64,000 bases of DNA from a virus (Duplodnaviria > Caudoviricetes). This document shows, in pieces, positions 45,561-55,999 of the stretch. Under the pieces are notes generated by a model. The model was given only the letters and a program-made list of their open reading frames with translations, had not been told where the DNA came from and did no database searches. The stretch's first letter is position 1. Every line of letters begins with the position of its first letter. The stretch lies in the IMG/VR virus record IMGVR_UViG_3300027969_004220, positions 41,622 through 105,621 of that record; one strand, written 5' to 3'. The position numbers and the translations under genes were made by a program.

Positions 45561-46346
45561 ATGACTAAAATAACACTATGTATAACAACACATTGTATAA
45601 AAACAGAAAGCCATGGAATCTATACTGGTATACAGAATACTGTTCCCTCAGCACCATCAACTAGACTAATTGAAAACATTATAGATGACTTTTTCAAAAA
45701 ATCATCCATAGATCCAGAAGATGTATATATACACATAGGATATGATAAAAGAAATAATCGACCAATTGATGAACAATATCATCAAAATTTAATTGAATTG
45801 AAAAATAAGTTTAAACACTATGAACTAATAGTTAATTCATCGGATATAACTGATCCAATTATCACAGCACCTATAAATTTTTTAAACTTAATCAATTCGG
45901 TTAAAACAGATGTTTATATTTTCTGGGAACATGATTGGATTTTGAAAAGAGAAATTGACTTAAATCCAATCATAGATGAAGTACTTTTAAATGATAAAGT
46001 AAATTATATTAGATTAAATCAATTTGATAATAATAATATAAGATATGATAATCTTATACAAGATGGTAAAATCCCATCTGATAAAATTCCTTTGATAGCC
46101 ACCTTTAGATGGTCAAATAATCCATATATATGTAAAACTAAAATTTTTCAAAATTGGTGGTCAACATTTGTTTATTCAACCTCAAATGAAGGTGGATTTG
46201 TAGAAGGACCATTAAATGAATTCTATAAATTTTACATCGATAAGATGGGATTTGACATGGCATCAGAAAAATTTGGATGTTTTGTATATGGTAACTGGGA
46301 TGATGAATCCATAGTAGAACACTTAAATGGAAATGCTTGGTACTAA
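45561..46346 (+). CDS. GT-A fold glycosyltransferase-like protein
   Basis: IFWEHDW, WSNNP. Confidence 0.55.
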   Translation: MTKITLCITTHCIKTESHGIYTGIQNTVPSAPSTRLIENIIDDFFKKSSIDPEDVYIHIGYDKRNNRPIDEQYHQNLIELKNKFKHYELIVNSSDITDPIITAPINFLNLINSVKTDVYIFWEHDWILKREIDLNPIIDEVLLNDKVNYIRLNQFDNNNIRYDNLIQDGKIPSDKIPLIATFRWSNNPYICKTKIFQNWWSTFVYSTSNEGGFVEGPLNEFYKFYIDKMGFDMASEKFGCFVYGNWDDESIVEHLNGNAWY

Positions 46347-47110
46347 TGAAAATACTTTTAATTATACACGGTCTTGTTAGACCTAATTTGGATTCCGTTT
46401 TAGAAATAAAAAGAGTTCTATTAGAAAACTTCAAAGAGTATGAATGTCATACTCTTTTATCAACTTGGTTTAATGATCAAGGTCTAGATCAAGACTCTAA
46501 ACATTATGAACTAGATATAGATGAAATAAAAAGTAATTTTAACTATTATCTAATAGATAAACAACCAACTAAAAATGAACTTTTATCACAAATAAAAAGT
46601 TTACCTAGTTTGGATATATCTAAAAATACACATCTTTCAAATATATATGGGTATTTTCATTTTTATAAGAAAAATAATTTAATTGCTAACTTATTTCAAG
46701 ATTATGATTATTATGTTTTTTGTAGAAGTGACTTAAAAATTATAGTTAGGGATATTAAATTACAAAAATTCTCTTTACCAAAACTTTTTTGGAAAAATAA
46801 TGGAAATACAAATGAATTAAATGATCATTTTTTTATTTCCAATAAGGATACATTTTTGAAAGTTTTTAAAGAGCTTTCAATTGATAATATTAATGAACTT
46901 TGTTACTTAGATAGTCCAGAAAAAGTTTTCACAGAACTTATAAAAAGAAATGTTACTGAATTTAATATTATTGAGAATAATTGTATAGAAGAATACTATA
47001 TTGTAAGAGAATATAGAAAATGGGAACAATCAGACTTGGATGAAGTTGGAAGAGATAGTACACAGGTATCTATTGATAACTCTCTAAATATTAAACGATC
47101 TAAAAAATAA
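46346..47110 (+). CDS. hypothetical glycan-locus protein
   Basis: YDYYVFCRSDL, NDHFFI, SPE. Confidence 0.5.
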   Translation: MKILLIIHGLVRPNLDSVLEIKRVLLENFKEYECHTLLSTWFNDQGLDQDSKHYELDIDEIKSNFNYYLIDKQPTKNELLSQIKSLPSLDISKNTHLSNIYGYFHFYKKNNLIANLFQDYDYYVFCRSDLKIIVRDIKLQKFSLPKLFWKNNGNTNELNDHFFISNKDTFLKVFKELSIDNINELCYLDSPEKVFTELIKRNVTEFNIIENNCIEEYYIVREYRKWEQSDLDEVGRDSTQVSIDNSLNIKRSKK

Positions 47111-47117
47111 TAAAAAA

Positions 47118-47810
47118 ATGTTACAAATTTTAATACCTGCTGCGGGTAGAGGTTCCAGATTTATAAACTCTGAGTTTACTGAACCTAAACCTCTAATATC
47201 TTGGAATAATAAAAATATGATACAACATGTTATAGATAACTTCTCTGACGATGATGTTAATTTTTTCATAATTAAAAGAAAGGAACATTCTATTAGTTTC
47301 GAAAATGATGAAGTCAATATAATAAATATTGACTATATGACGGATGGTCCAGCAACCACCGCATATTTATCTAAAGACTTAATTGATCTAGAACAAGAAC
47401 TGATTATAACTAACTGTGATCAAATAATAAAAGATTGGGATAAAAGTTTATTTCTATCATTTGCTAGAAAATATGATGGTGTCTTCGGATGTTTTATCTC
47501 AAACTCTAATAAAAATTCATATGTTAAAGTTGATGATAATAATTTAGTCACTGATGTAAAAGAAAAAATTGTTATTTCAAACATTGCCACAAACGGACTA
47601 CACTATTGGAAAAAAGCCAAATATTTTTTTGAATCATATGATAAAATGAAATTAAATAATGATAAAACTAATAGTGAATTTTATGTAGCACCAAGTTACA
47701 ACTATCTAATTAAAGATGGATATAAAATTGGAATTTATATGTTTAATCAACACTTTCCAGTTGGTACTCCGGATGACTTAAAAAAATATCTACAAAATGA
47801 AAATAACTAA
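47118..47810 (+). CDS. sugar-phosphate nucleotidyltransferase-like protein
   Basis: IPAAGRGSRF..PKPLI, NCDQ, EFYVAPSYN, VGTPDDL. Confidence 0.85.
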   Translation: MLQILIPAAGRGSRFINSEFTEPKPLISWNNKNMIQHVIDNFSDDDVNFFIIKRKEHSISFENDEVNIINIDYMTDGPATTAYLSKDLIDLEQELIITNCDQIIKDWDKSLFLSFARKYDGVFGCFISNSNKNSYVKVDDNNLVTDVKEKIVISNIATNGLHYWKKAKYFFESYDKMKLNNDKTNSEFYVAPSYNYLIKDGYKIGIYMFNQHFPVGTPDDLKKYLQNENN

Positions 47811-48117
47811 ACTAGAAAACTACTTCAGAGGTTGGTTTATTGGCAACTTTGAACCAACCTGTTATAAAAATGAAGACTTTGAAGTTGGACTTCTAACACA
47901 TAAAAAGGGTGAATTTTGGGCACCACATATTCATAAAATTTCCACAGAAATTAATTTACTTGTAGAAGGTGAAATGATTATGAATGATGAAAAAATAAAT
48001 AAAGGAGATATATTTATTATAGAACCAAATGAAATTGCGACACCAATATTTTTAACTGACTGTAAGGTATTGGTTATCAAAACCCCATCTTTACCAGGTG
48101 ATAAATACAATATATAA
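47797..48117 (+). CDS. cupin domain protein
   Basis: GWFIGNFEP, HIHK..TE, GDIF. Confidence 0.8.
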   Translation: MKITKLENYFRGWFIGNFEPTCYKNEDFEVGLLTHKKGEFWAPHIHKISTEINLLVEGEMIMNDEKINKGDIFIIEPNEIATPIFLTDCKVLVIKTPSLPGDKYNI

Positions 48118-48133
48118 AAAAATAAATTAAATT

Positions 48134-49312
48134 ATGAATATTTTTAGAAAAAAGATAAATAAAGAAGACTACTTTATAGTAACCTACTTCTTAGAGTCCA
48201 CGACAACACTTAGAGATGCTGCTTGGAATCTTGCAATAGGTCAAAGTGTTGGTAATCCAAATGTTAGAAATCAATGGGAATCAGACGAATTATTTAATAA
48301 TCATTCTTGTATAATATTAGATGATGAACAGATACTAAAAACAAAAAATTCTGGAACTATAGAAATAGCTTTCCCAATTATAAATATAGATTTCAAAACA
48401 GATGGTATCTCACACTTACTAGTTAATATAATGGGTGGTCAACTAGATATTGATAATATTGTAAAATGTCAAGTTTTGAATATTGTATTTCCTGAATCAG
48501 TTGAGAAGCTATTTTTAGGACCAAAGTTTGGAATTAAAGGAATAAGAGAATATACAAAATGTTTTGATAAACCACTATTCGGTGCCATTGTTAAACCAAA
48601 AACTGGAATATCACCACAGACTCTTCTGGAAATGGTTAAAGAGTTAGTAGAAGGTGGTGTAAACTTTATTAAAGAGGATGAGATTTTGAGTAATCCATCA
48701 TTTTGTACAATTGAAGAAAGAGTTCCACTAATTATGGACTACTTAAAAGATAAAAATGTTATTTATGCGGTTTCTATACATGCGGATTACCCATATGTAA
48801 TTGATAGAGTAAAGAAAGTTTATGAACTAGGTGGTAATGCAGTACATATTAATTTTTGGTGTGGACTAGGAGTTTATAAAACAGTAAGAGAATTAGACTT
48901 ACCAATCTTTATACACTTTCAAAAAAGTGGTGATAAAATATTGACTAATAAAAATCACGATTTTCATATTGATTGGAATGTAATTTCCAAAATAGCTGGA
49001 ATGATGGGTGTCGATTTCATACATGCGGGTATGATTGGTGGTTATTATAAATGGGATGAATCCGAAGTATTAAATTCTGTTGAAACATTACATAAATATA
49101 ATGTAATGCCTGCTCTTAGTTGTGGATTTCATCCTGGACTAACTGAATGGGTTACTTCTAAAGTTGGAATTGATTATATGGCTAATGTCGGTGGTGCTAT
49201 TCACGGGCACCCAGATGGTACACTAGCTGGAGCAAAGGCAATGAGACAATCAATCGATGGTGAGCAGTCTAGCGAATATCAAATCGCTATTGAAAAATGG
49301 GGCAAAATTTAA
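48134..49312 (+). CDS. RuBisCO-like protein (form IV RLP)
   Basis: GPKFGIKGIR, IVKPKTG, GGVNFIKEDE, HFQKSG, GVDFIHAG, GGAIHGHPDG..AGAKAMRQ. Confidence 0.9.
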   Translation: MNIFRKKINKEDYFIVTYFLESTTTLRDAAWNLAIGQSVGNPNVRNQWESDELFNNHSCIILDDEQILKTKNSGTIEIAFPIINIDFKTDGISHLLVNIMGGQLDIDNIVKCQVLNIVFPESVEKLFLGPKFGIKGIREYTKCFDKPLFGAIVKPKTGISPQTLLEMVKELVEGGVNFIKEDEILSNPSFCTIEERVPLIMDYLKDKNVIYAVSIHADYPYVIDRVKKVYELGGNAVHINFWCGLGVYKTVRELDLPIFIHFQKSGDKILTNKNHDFHIDWNVISKIAGMMGVDFIHAGMIGGYYKWDESEVLNSVETLHKYNVMPALSCGFHPGLTEWVTSKVGIDYMANVGGAIHGHPDGTLAGAKAMRQSIDGEQSSEYQIAIEKWGKI

Positions 49313-49336
49313 TAAAAATAAAAATAAAAATATAAT

Positions 49337-49978
49337 ATGAGAAGTATAAATATAAATGGATACAACGTAGAATTTAGAGAAGATAAAACCGATATACTTG
49401 GTCTTTCTTTTCTACCACAAATGATTGAATATGACAATGATGAAGATTGGAGTGTTTTTACAAGAGGATGTAAACAAGAAGTTTCACCACAAAACTTCAA
49501 TTTAGTTAAGGAAATCTCTAAAAATTACATGACACATGGTATTATGGAGATTGGTGTTTCACGTAATGGTATGGCATCATTTACTCAGGCGATGTTTCAA
49601 TCTAAACCTGATCACATAAAATATTTAGGAATCGATTTAGATGATAAAACATACTTAGATAACAAAGATAAAAATATATTTACAATAAGAGAAAATTCTT
49701 ATAATAGGGATTTGGTGAAGAAATACTTAAATGAGATAGGTTTAGAAAAAATTTCAATACTATTTATTGACGGATGGCATTCGGTAAATGCTGTTATCAA
49801 TGACTGGCAATATGTTGATATGCTTTCAGATAATGGTATAGTAATATTCCACGATACAAATTATCATCCAGGTCCTACTATTTTTTTAGAAGCCATTGAT
49901 GGTAAAATTTTTAAAGTAGAAAAATACTTTGAAAACGAAGATGATTATGGTGTCTCTATAGCATATCGATTAAAATAA
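49337..49978 (+). CDS. class I SAM methyltransferase (Methyltransf_24-like)
   Basis: MEIGV, GIDL, LFIDGWHS, IFHDT. Confidence 0.8.
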   Translation: MRSININGYNVEFREDKTDILGLSFLPQMIEYDNDEDWSVFTRGCKQEVSPQNFNLVKEISKNYMTHGIMEIGVSRNGMASFTQAMFQSKPDHIKYLGIDLDDKTYLDNKDKNIFTIRENSYNRDLVKKYLNEIGLEKISILFIDGWHSVNAVINDWQYVDMLSDNGIVIFHDTNYHPGPTIFLEAIDGKIFKVEKYFENEDDYGVSIAYRLK

Positions 49979-49987
49979 TTAAATACT

Positions 49988-50428
49988 ATGAAATACATTT
50001 CACATAGAGGAAATACAAATGGTAGATTTGAATCTTATGAAAATGAACCAAACTATATTGATATAGCTATTAAAAAAGGATTTGATGTTGAAATAGATGT
50101 GTGGTATAAAGATAATATGTTATGGTTAGGACATGACAGACCCGATTACTGTACTGATTTTAGATGGTTTAGAGATAGAATATCAAAACTGTGGATTCAT
50201 TGTAAAAATATTGAAGCAATTGAATACTTTTCGACAAGTGGTTACGACTACAACTATTTTTGGCATCAGGATGATCTATTGACACTAACATCACACAAAT
50301 ACATTTGGGTTTTTACTGGAAAACAACCAGTAAAAGGTTCTATTGCGGTTATGCCAGAATTAAATGATGAGGATATAAATCAATGTTTAGGTATATGTTC
50401 TGATTATATAGAAAAATATAGAAAATAA
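49988..50428 (+). CDS. truncated GDPD/PLC-like phosphodiesterase
   Basis: ISHRGN, EN, VEIDV, LGHD, WIHCKN, GICSD. Confidence 0.75.
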   Translation: MKYISHRGNTNGRFESYENEPNYIDIAIKKGFDVEIDVWYKDNMLWLGHDRPDYCTDFRWFRDRISKLWIHCKNIEAIEYFSTSGYDYNYFWHQDDLLTLTSHKYIWVFTGKQPVKGSIAVMPELNDEDINQCLGICSDYIEKYRK

Positions 50429-51289
50429 ATGAAAGTTTTAGTAACAGGTGGGGCCGGTTTCGTAGGATTCAATCTAATAAAAGAATTGAAAAGTAGATAT
50501 AAAAATCAAGAAATACATAGTCTTGATAACTATTTTACTGGTAAGAAATCTAATCATATCGATGGAGTAACCTACCATACTGGAAACACATGGGATATTA
50601 ATCATATATTTGAAGATTATAAATTTGATATAGTATACCATTTTGGTGAATACTCAAGAATTGTAAAATCTTTTGATGATATTGAATATGTTGAAAAAAC
50701 AATTATGTATGGTACACCTAAGGTTTTAGAAATGTGTAGAAAATGGAACGCAAAGCTAATTTATTCCGCATCTTCATCAAAATTTGGAAATGATGGTAAA
50801 GATGAGAACCTCTCACCATATTCCTGGATGAAGTCAAAAATGGTTGAGCTAATTAAAAACTATTCCAATTGGTTTGGACTTGACTATGAAATATGTTACT
50901 TCTTTAATGTTTATGGAGAAGGTCAAATAATAGAAGGTGATTATGCAACTGTTATAGGCATTTTTGAGAAACAATATAATGATGGTAAACCACTAACTGT
51001 AGTATCACCAGGTAAACAAACAAGAGACTTTACACATGTTGATGATATTGTTGACGGTATTATTCGTAGTGTAGAAAAAGGCCTAAGAGGTGAGTGGTAT
51101 TTACGTTCTGGTAAAAATATATCAATTATTGAAATTGTTGAAATGTTTAAACACGAATGGAATTTTATACCAGAACGAAAAGGAGAAAGAGTTTATAGTA
51201 TAGAAATTAAGACAGATACTGAAGAAAAACTAGGCTGGAAACCTAAACATAATGTTGAAGATTGGATTAAAAAAATAATAAAAAAATAA
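50429..51289 (+). CDS. NAD-dependent sugar epimerase/dehydratase
   Basis: VTGGAGFVG, SPYSWMK (YxxxK), FNVYG, RDFTHVDD. Confidence 0.9.
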   Translation: MKVLVTGGAGFVGFNLIKELKSRYKNQEIHSLDNYFTGKKSNHIDGVTYHTGNTWDINHIFEDYKFDIVYHFGEYSRIVKSFDDIEYVEKTIMYGTPKVLEMCRKWNAKLIYSASSSKFGNDGKDENLSPYSWMKSKMVELIKNYSNWFGLDYEICYFFNVYGEGQIIEGDYATVIGIFEKQYNDGKPLTVVSPGKQTRDFTHVDDIVDGIIRSVEKGLRGEWYLRSGKNISIIEIVEMFKHEWNFIPERKGERVYSIEIKTDTEEKLGWKPKHNVEDWIKKIIKK

Positions 51290-51903
51290 TGCATAAGATA
51301 AGTGTAGTAATACCAACAATGTGGAAATCAAAAAAATTAGAAATTTTATTAAATAATCTACATAAATGTGATAGAATCGGTGAAATTTTAATTATTGATA
51401 ATGATCATATTTCAAAAAATGTAAATATTGATAACTATAATAAAGTAGTTTACTTAAATATGGAACAAAATATTTATGTAAACCCATCTTGGAATTTAGG
51501 AGTATCAAAATCTAATTTTGATATAGTTGCACTATTAAATGATGATATATTATTCGATGTAAGTTTTTTTGATCAACTAATTGTTTCTGATGAAACACTT
51601 ATAGGAGTTTCAGAAAAATCATATAAAGATCAAAATGATAATAACTTTAGATTAGAAGATACCGATAATAGAAATTGGGGATTTGGATGTATGATTATTT
51701 TTAATAAGAAATACTATGTTCAAATACCAGAAGAATTAAAAATTTGGTTTGGTGACGACTATTTATTTAGAAAATTTAAAAATAGATCTATTATAAAAGG
51801 TGTTTACTTTGATACTACAATGAGTGTTACATCCGATCTACCTATTTTTAATGAAGTTAAAAGTAATGATGAGATTTTATATAAATCAAAATATTCAATA
51901 TGA
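51289..51903 (+). CDS. GT2-like glycosyltransferase
   Basis: SVVIPT, IIDND, LLNDDI. Confidence 0.75.
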   Translation: MHKISVVIPTMWKSKKLEILLNNLHKCDRIGEILIIDNDHISKNVNIDNYNKVVYLNMEQNIYVNPSWNLGVSKSNFDIVALLNDDILFDVSFFDQLIVSDETLIGVSEKSYKDQNDNNFRLEDTDNRNWGFGCMIIFNKKYYVQIPEELKIWFGDDYLFRKFKNRSIIKGVYFDTTMSVTSDLPIFNEVKSNDEILYKSKYSI

Positions 51904-52037
51904 ATATCGATGTAGTAGATAAAATAACACAAATGTTAGCAGATGAGCTGACAAAGTCAATTGATGCAGACATCATGAAAGAACTATTTAGTAAGAGAAA
52001 TAGAAGAAAAATTAAGATTGAAAATCTTTTTAAATAA
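51900..52037 (+). CDS. small hypothetical protein (not in ORF track)
   Basis: MNIDVVDKITQMLADELTKSIDADIMKELFSKRNRRKIKIENLFK*. Confidence 0.45.
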   Translation: MNIDVVDKITQMLADELTKSIDADIMKELFSKRNRRKIKIENLFK

Positions 52038-52629
52038 TCTGAATAATCTGAGGTACATTACCAAGTTCAAGTACCTTACTTTGATTAAGTAAGAACTCAA
52101 TATCATAAAAGTTAAAGTGAAAAGTAATTGTAAATTCTTTCGCATTAACTTTTTGTTGTGAGTAGTTGAAAGTATTCTCAGATAAAGATTTAAGTATTAT
52201 TTCATAAAAACGAATTACATAAATTGCATCTCTATGTATATCAACACAAGTAATTGTAAATGGTTCTAAAAATGCATTATCTGTATCTAAATAATGTTTA
52301 CTCATAATATCAAACATCAACCAATAATTTAAGTCAGAATCAACTGATCTAAATGTAACAGTTAAATCATGTGTAGTTGGTATATCTTGAATATTTTTTG
52401 CAGGTTTTAAGAATCTTTCTTTACCTCTAACTTCAATACGCTTAACTAATTCAAATGATATTCCAGGAAAATTTACACCCTTAATAGTAGAGTTCAAATA
52501 ATCAATAACATTCTCATACTGAACCCAATTCTTTTCAAGAATTGGTGTATAAGTATCTATAATCTCAGGCTTTAAAAAAGCTTGAGGTAGATTAAATATA
52601 AACTGACTTGCCTGACTGGATAATCTCAT
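52030..52629 (-). CDS. probable tail-tube-fold structural protein
   Basis: VNFPGIS...LTVTF..D...YW...FTITF pattern like T4 tail tube relatives. Confidence 0.45.
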   Translation of the reverse strand: MRLSSQASQFIFNLPQAFLKPEIIDTYTPILEKNWVQYENVIDYLNSTIKGVNFPGISFELVKRIEVRGKERFLKPAKNIQDIPTTHDLTVTFRSVDSDLNYWLMFDIMSKHYLDTDNAFLEPFTITCVDIHRDAIYVIRFYEIILKSLSENTFNYSQQKVNAKEFTITFHFNFYDIEFLLNQSKVLELGNVPQIIQII

Positions 52630-52645
52630 TTGTTACATATTATTT

Positions 52646-54556
52646 TTATGATGTTGCACCTGGTTTTATAATAGGAGCTTGTTCATTTATTAGTTTTCTT
52701 GTTACAATCGCAGTTTCTTTAGTTGTACTTGGATCTAAAATAATACTTGGATTATTGGCTTGCATATTAGCAGCTTGATCATTTAAAGCATTTACATTTG
52801 ATCTACTGTCATATATCTTGAATAAACCGGTATATATTACTGATGTAGTAGATTGACTCTTACCTGTGATATAAAATATATTTATACCACCATCATATAT
52901 CTTTTTAATCTCCGCGAATCTACTTTGGGTTACTTTAAATACTACTTGGCCAATTGCTAAATTAATATCTCCTGATTCTGTAAATAACGGAAATGTAATT
53001 TGATTCTGATCATTCTTTACAACAAAGCTAATTTCACTTATACTAGTCATATTAAAATAATCTGGTTTATTCTCAGGTCCAGTTGCAATTGAAAATTTAA
53101 TAACATTATCAAATGGATAAAGTAAGATTTGAATCTTTCCAAAACCATAGAACATAGTATTATTAAAAAGTGCATTATCAGATTTAGCAATTATATTAAA
53201 TCTATCCACTAAAACCGGGAAAGGAACTTTAATAGTTTCAATAACTACACCATTTTGTGAACTTAGATTATTCAAACCTTGACCACTACCATTACCATTA
53301 TTCATACTACCAGGTGCCATACCAGTATTACCCAATACTAATGACCCATTTGCATTACCTAAACCACCAATTAAAGTAGTATTGATAGATGATTTAATAT
53401 TATAGATTTTCGGTTTAGAAACATTCTTAACATTGATTTTCATCATATTTATTGCATATTTAGATAACTCATCCTGTAACATACCATAAGAAGCTCTTCT
53501 AATAATAGTACTATCATCAACACTATCAATAAGTCTCATCTCAACATCAATTATAGCCGTTGTAGATGAATATTTTATTATAGGTCTATATTCTATTGTT
53601 TCATTAAAATTATCTGTTACAGTTATCGTGGTAGTTTTTCCACGAATATTTTGTTCATATAAAGTAATATCATATTGAACATAGTAATTTCTATCTAACG
53701 TAAATGAATCATCAATAAATTTTTTAAATCCATATATTGTATCATTATAAACTCCATATATCTCGAAAAAATCTCCATTAGATGAATGTTGAACTACTAA
53801 TCCTAATCTCTCAAATTCTGGTGACTGAGGTATTGATATTGTATTGTTTGCACTTAATAAATAAGATTTAACATTATTTATTGTTTGTATATTAGTTATA
53901 AAGTGAAAATCAATAAAAATTGGTGCAGTTGAACTTAAACCAATATTATCAGTAAGATTATAGTTTATACTATTTTCCTTTGGTTTACCATCTAAAATCT
54001 GTGAAGATAACTCACTTAATGCAGGAATCTCAACTGTAATATTCTTACCCCATAATTTTTCTTGGAACAATAGTGGTGGTGATGTAAAATTCAATAAATA
54101 TTGTTGTTCTATAGAAGTCATATCAAAGTAAAAATTTGATAAATCATATATTTTACTATTTGTATAATCATGTGCATAAACCTTTATATAGAATCCTAAG
54201 TACTCTCCAAAAGTCCAATTTATCGGTAAGTGAATTTTTAAGGTATCATGTCTCAATGGGTTACCTGATGTATAATCTTTTACTTGTAAAAATGAATAGT
54301 TATTAGAAATAATACCAGGAATTTGTGTTGGTGAAGAACTTACTTTACCATATCTTCCAGAGATAGTATCAAGTTTAAATAGTTGATTATTTATATCATT
54401 ACCAGTTATACTTGATGGACTAGCCATATAAGCGTTTGTTTTATATTTAGAATTAACTAAAATACTATATGGTTCAGATATTAGATTTGAATCATTATAG
54501 ATATACTCCAATAGAATATTTTTGTCAAGTTTGATGTATTTAGAAATCTTAGACAT
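52646..54556 (-). CDS. probable virion structural protein
   Basis: 636 aa beta-rich ORF with Gly/Asn linker; TAATATATA upstream. Confidence 0.45.
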   Translation of the reverse strand: MSKISKYIKLDKNILLEYIYNDSNLISEPYSILVNSKYKTNAYMASPSSITGNDINNQLFKLDTISGRYGKVSSSPTQIPGIISNNYSFLQVKDYTSGNPLRHDTLKIHLPINWTFGEYLGFYIKVYAHDYTNSKIYDLSNFYFDMTSIEQQYLLNFTSPPLLFQEKLWGKNITVEIPALSELSSQILDGKPKENSINYNLTDNIGLSSTAPIFIDFHFITNIQTINNVKSYLLSANNTISIPQSPEFERLGLVVQHSSNGDFFEIYGVYNDTIYGFKKFIDDSFTLDRNYYVQYDITLYEQNIRGKTTTITVTDNFNETIEYRPIIKYSSTTAIIDVEMRLIDSVDDSTIIRRASYGMLQDELSKYAINMMKINVKNVSKPKIYNIKSSINTTLIGGLGNANGSLVLGNTGMAPGSMNNGNGSGQGLNNLSSQNGVVIETIKVPFPVLVDRFNIIAKSDNALFNNTMFYGFGKIQILLYPFDNVIKFSIATGPENKPDYFNMTSISEISFVVKNDQNQITFPLFTESGDINLAIGQVVFKVTQSRFAEIKKIYDGGINIFYITGKSQSTTSVIYTGLFKIYDSRSNVNALNDQAANMQANNPSIILDPSTTKETAIVTRKLINEQAPIIKPGATS

Positions 54557-54606
54557 TTGTTATAGAAACAATATTTTATTGTATATATTAAAAAAGAAAA
54601 CCTTTC

Positions 54607-55020
54607 TTATGAAAGGTTTTCTTTAATTAATCTATCTCTAACGGATTCAATTATCTGCTCATCTGTTAAAGTAAAATGTTTTTCTCTTATTTTTCTATAA
54701 AGTTCTTGCTCTTCTAATGCCAATTTCTCAATCTCTTTGTTTAAAGGATTTACCAAATCTTCTAGTGATTTTCCCTCATCATCTACCTCTTGTAGCGCTT
54801 TCATTAGTTCATTTAAAAAATACTCTGTATTATTTGAACTTGTTTTTGAATTTCTACTTTCTTTAGCTTCTTTTTCAATCTCCTCAATTCTAGAAAGTGT
54901 TTCATCTAACTTATCCGAGACTTTTTGAGCTTTCTTTTGGTAAAGATCCATATTATTAGATAACTTTAAATAAGTTCTTCTAATTCTTACTGCATTTTGT
55001 AAAAATACCTCATCAACCAT
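54607..55020 (-). CDS. coiled-coil hypothetical protein
   Basis: heptad-rich 137 aa ORF. Confidence 0.6.
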   Translation of the reverse strand: MVDEVFLQNAVRIRRTYLKLSNNMDLYQKKAQKVSDKLDETLSRIEEIEKEAKESRNSKTSSNNTEYFLNELMKALQEVDDEGKSLEDLVNPLNKEIEKLALEEQELYRKIREKHFTLTDEQIIESVRDRLIKENLS

Positions 55021-55946
55021 TATTTAACTACTTCTTTTTTTACACGTGGCTTACGTGGTGCTCTAGGTTTAGTAACCTTAACAGGAGTTCCAGGAACTTG
55101 TGTAACTGAATCTGTTATCTGATCATTTATCGGTGTTGGGAATGTAACTTTGTCCTCACCATAAACCAAAGTATTTATTTTACTTTTAATCATATCTTTA
55201 ATAGTCGTTGGGTTTTTCAAAAGTTCATTTGTAAATTCATCTGCTAAGAAATCAATAATACTTGTCTCATAAGAATCCTCCATCATTTCGATAAAATCTA
55301 AACGAGGTATTTTATTCTGAATATCTAAACTAATATTAAACTCAACAATTCTTTTTACTCCTTTAAACATTTTAATAATAGGGTCTTCAACTTCTATTCT
55401 TTGAACTGGTTGAACATACTCTACCTTTTCTTCTCTATTTACTTCAACACGTTGAACCACCTCTTGGACTGGTTGTTGATATTGTGGTACTCTTGGTAAC
55501 TCAGATTCAGATTCTTCACCTAATATTTTAGCAAATGCATCATTTTGTCTTTGTAAAGATTCTACTGGTGGTGAAACAATACCATACTTGGCCGCCAATG
55601 CCGCTTTCTCATCTTCTTCTGAAGACATTGTAATAAGAGATTCTTCTTGATCGACACCTCTCGGTACATCAATTCGATTTACACCAGAAACATTTATTTC
55701 ACCATTGTCATCACCTATTTGATCTTGTGGTATGCTCTTAATCTTTTCTGCTAATATATTATAAGCACCTTGATTATTAAAGAAACTCATTGGATCAATC
55801 TCTTCTGTATATAGTGCAGGATTCATAAGTGCAGTAACATTTAATTTTTGTTTGTTTTCTAAAATTGCAATGTTCTCAAATGAATCAATAACGGTAACTA
55901 CTTCACCGGTTAAGTTATTTTTAAAACTTTTATTTGCTAAACTCAT
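55020..55946 (-). CDS. hypothetical protein
   Basis: 308 aa ORF with basic C-terminus. Confidence 0.65.
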   Translation of the reverse strand: MSLANKSFKNNLTGEVVTVIDSFENIAILENKQKLNVTALMNPALYTEEIDPMSFFNNQGAYNILAEKIKSIPQDQIGDDNGEINVSGVNRIDVPRGVDQEESLITMSSEEDEKAALAAKYGIVSPPVESLQRQNDAFAKILGEESESELPRVPQYQQPVQEVVQRVEVNREEKVEYVQPVQRIEVEDPIIKMFKGVKRIVEFNISLDIQNKIPRLDFIEMMEDSYETSIIDFLADEFTNELLKNPTTIKDMIKSKINTLVYGEDKVTFPTPINDQITDSVTQVPGTPVKVTKPRAPRKPRVKKEVVK

Positions 55947-55999
55947 AGTTTATTTATATTTTTTTTCAGTCTTCCTTAATAGATTATACTTTTTATTTA

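Noticed and set aside
48134-49312. Carbon-fixing RuBisCO (rbcL) as an auxiliary metabolic gene
   Set aside because: Short 392 aa length, KEDE motif, HFQKSG in place of HRAMH, and no small subunit or phosphoribulokinase point to a form IV RLP.
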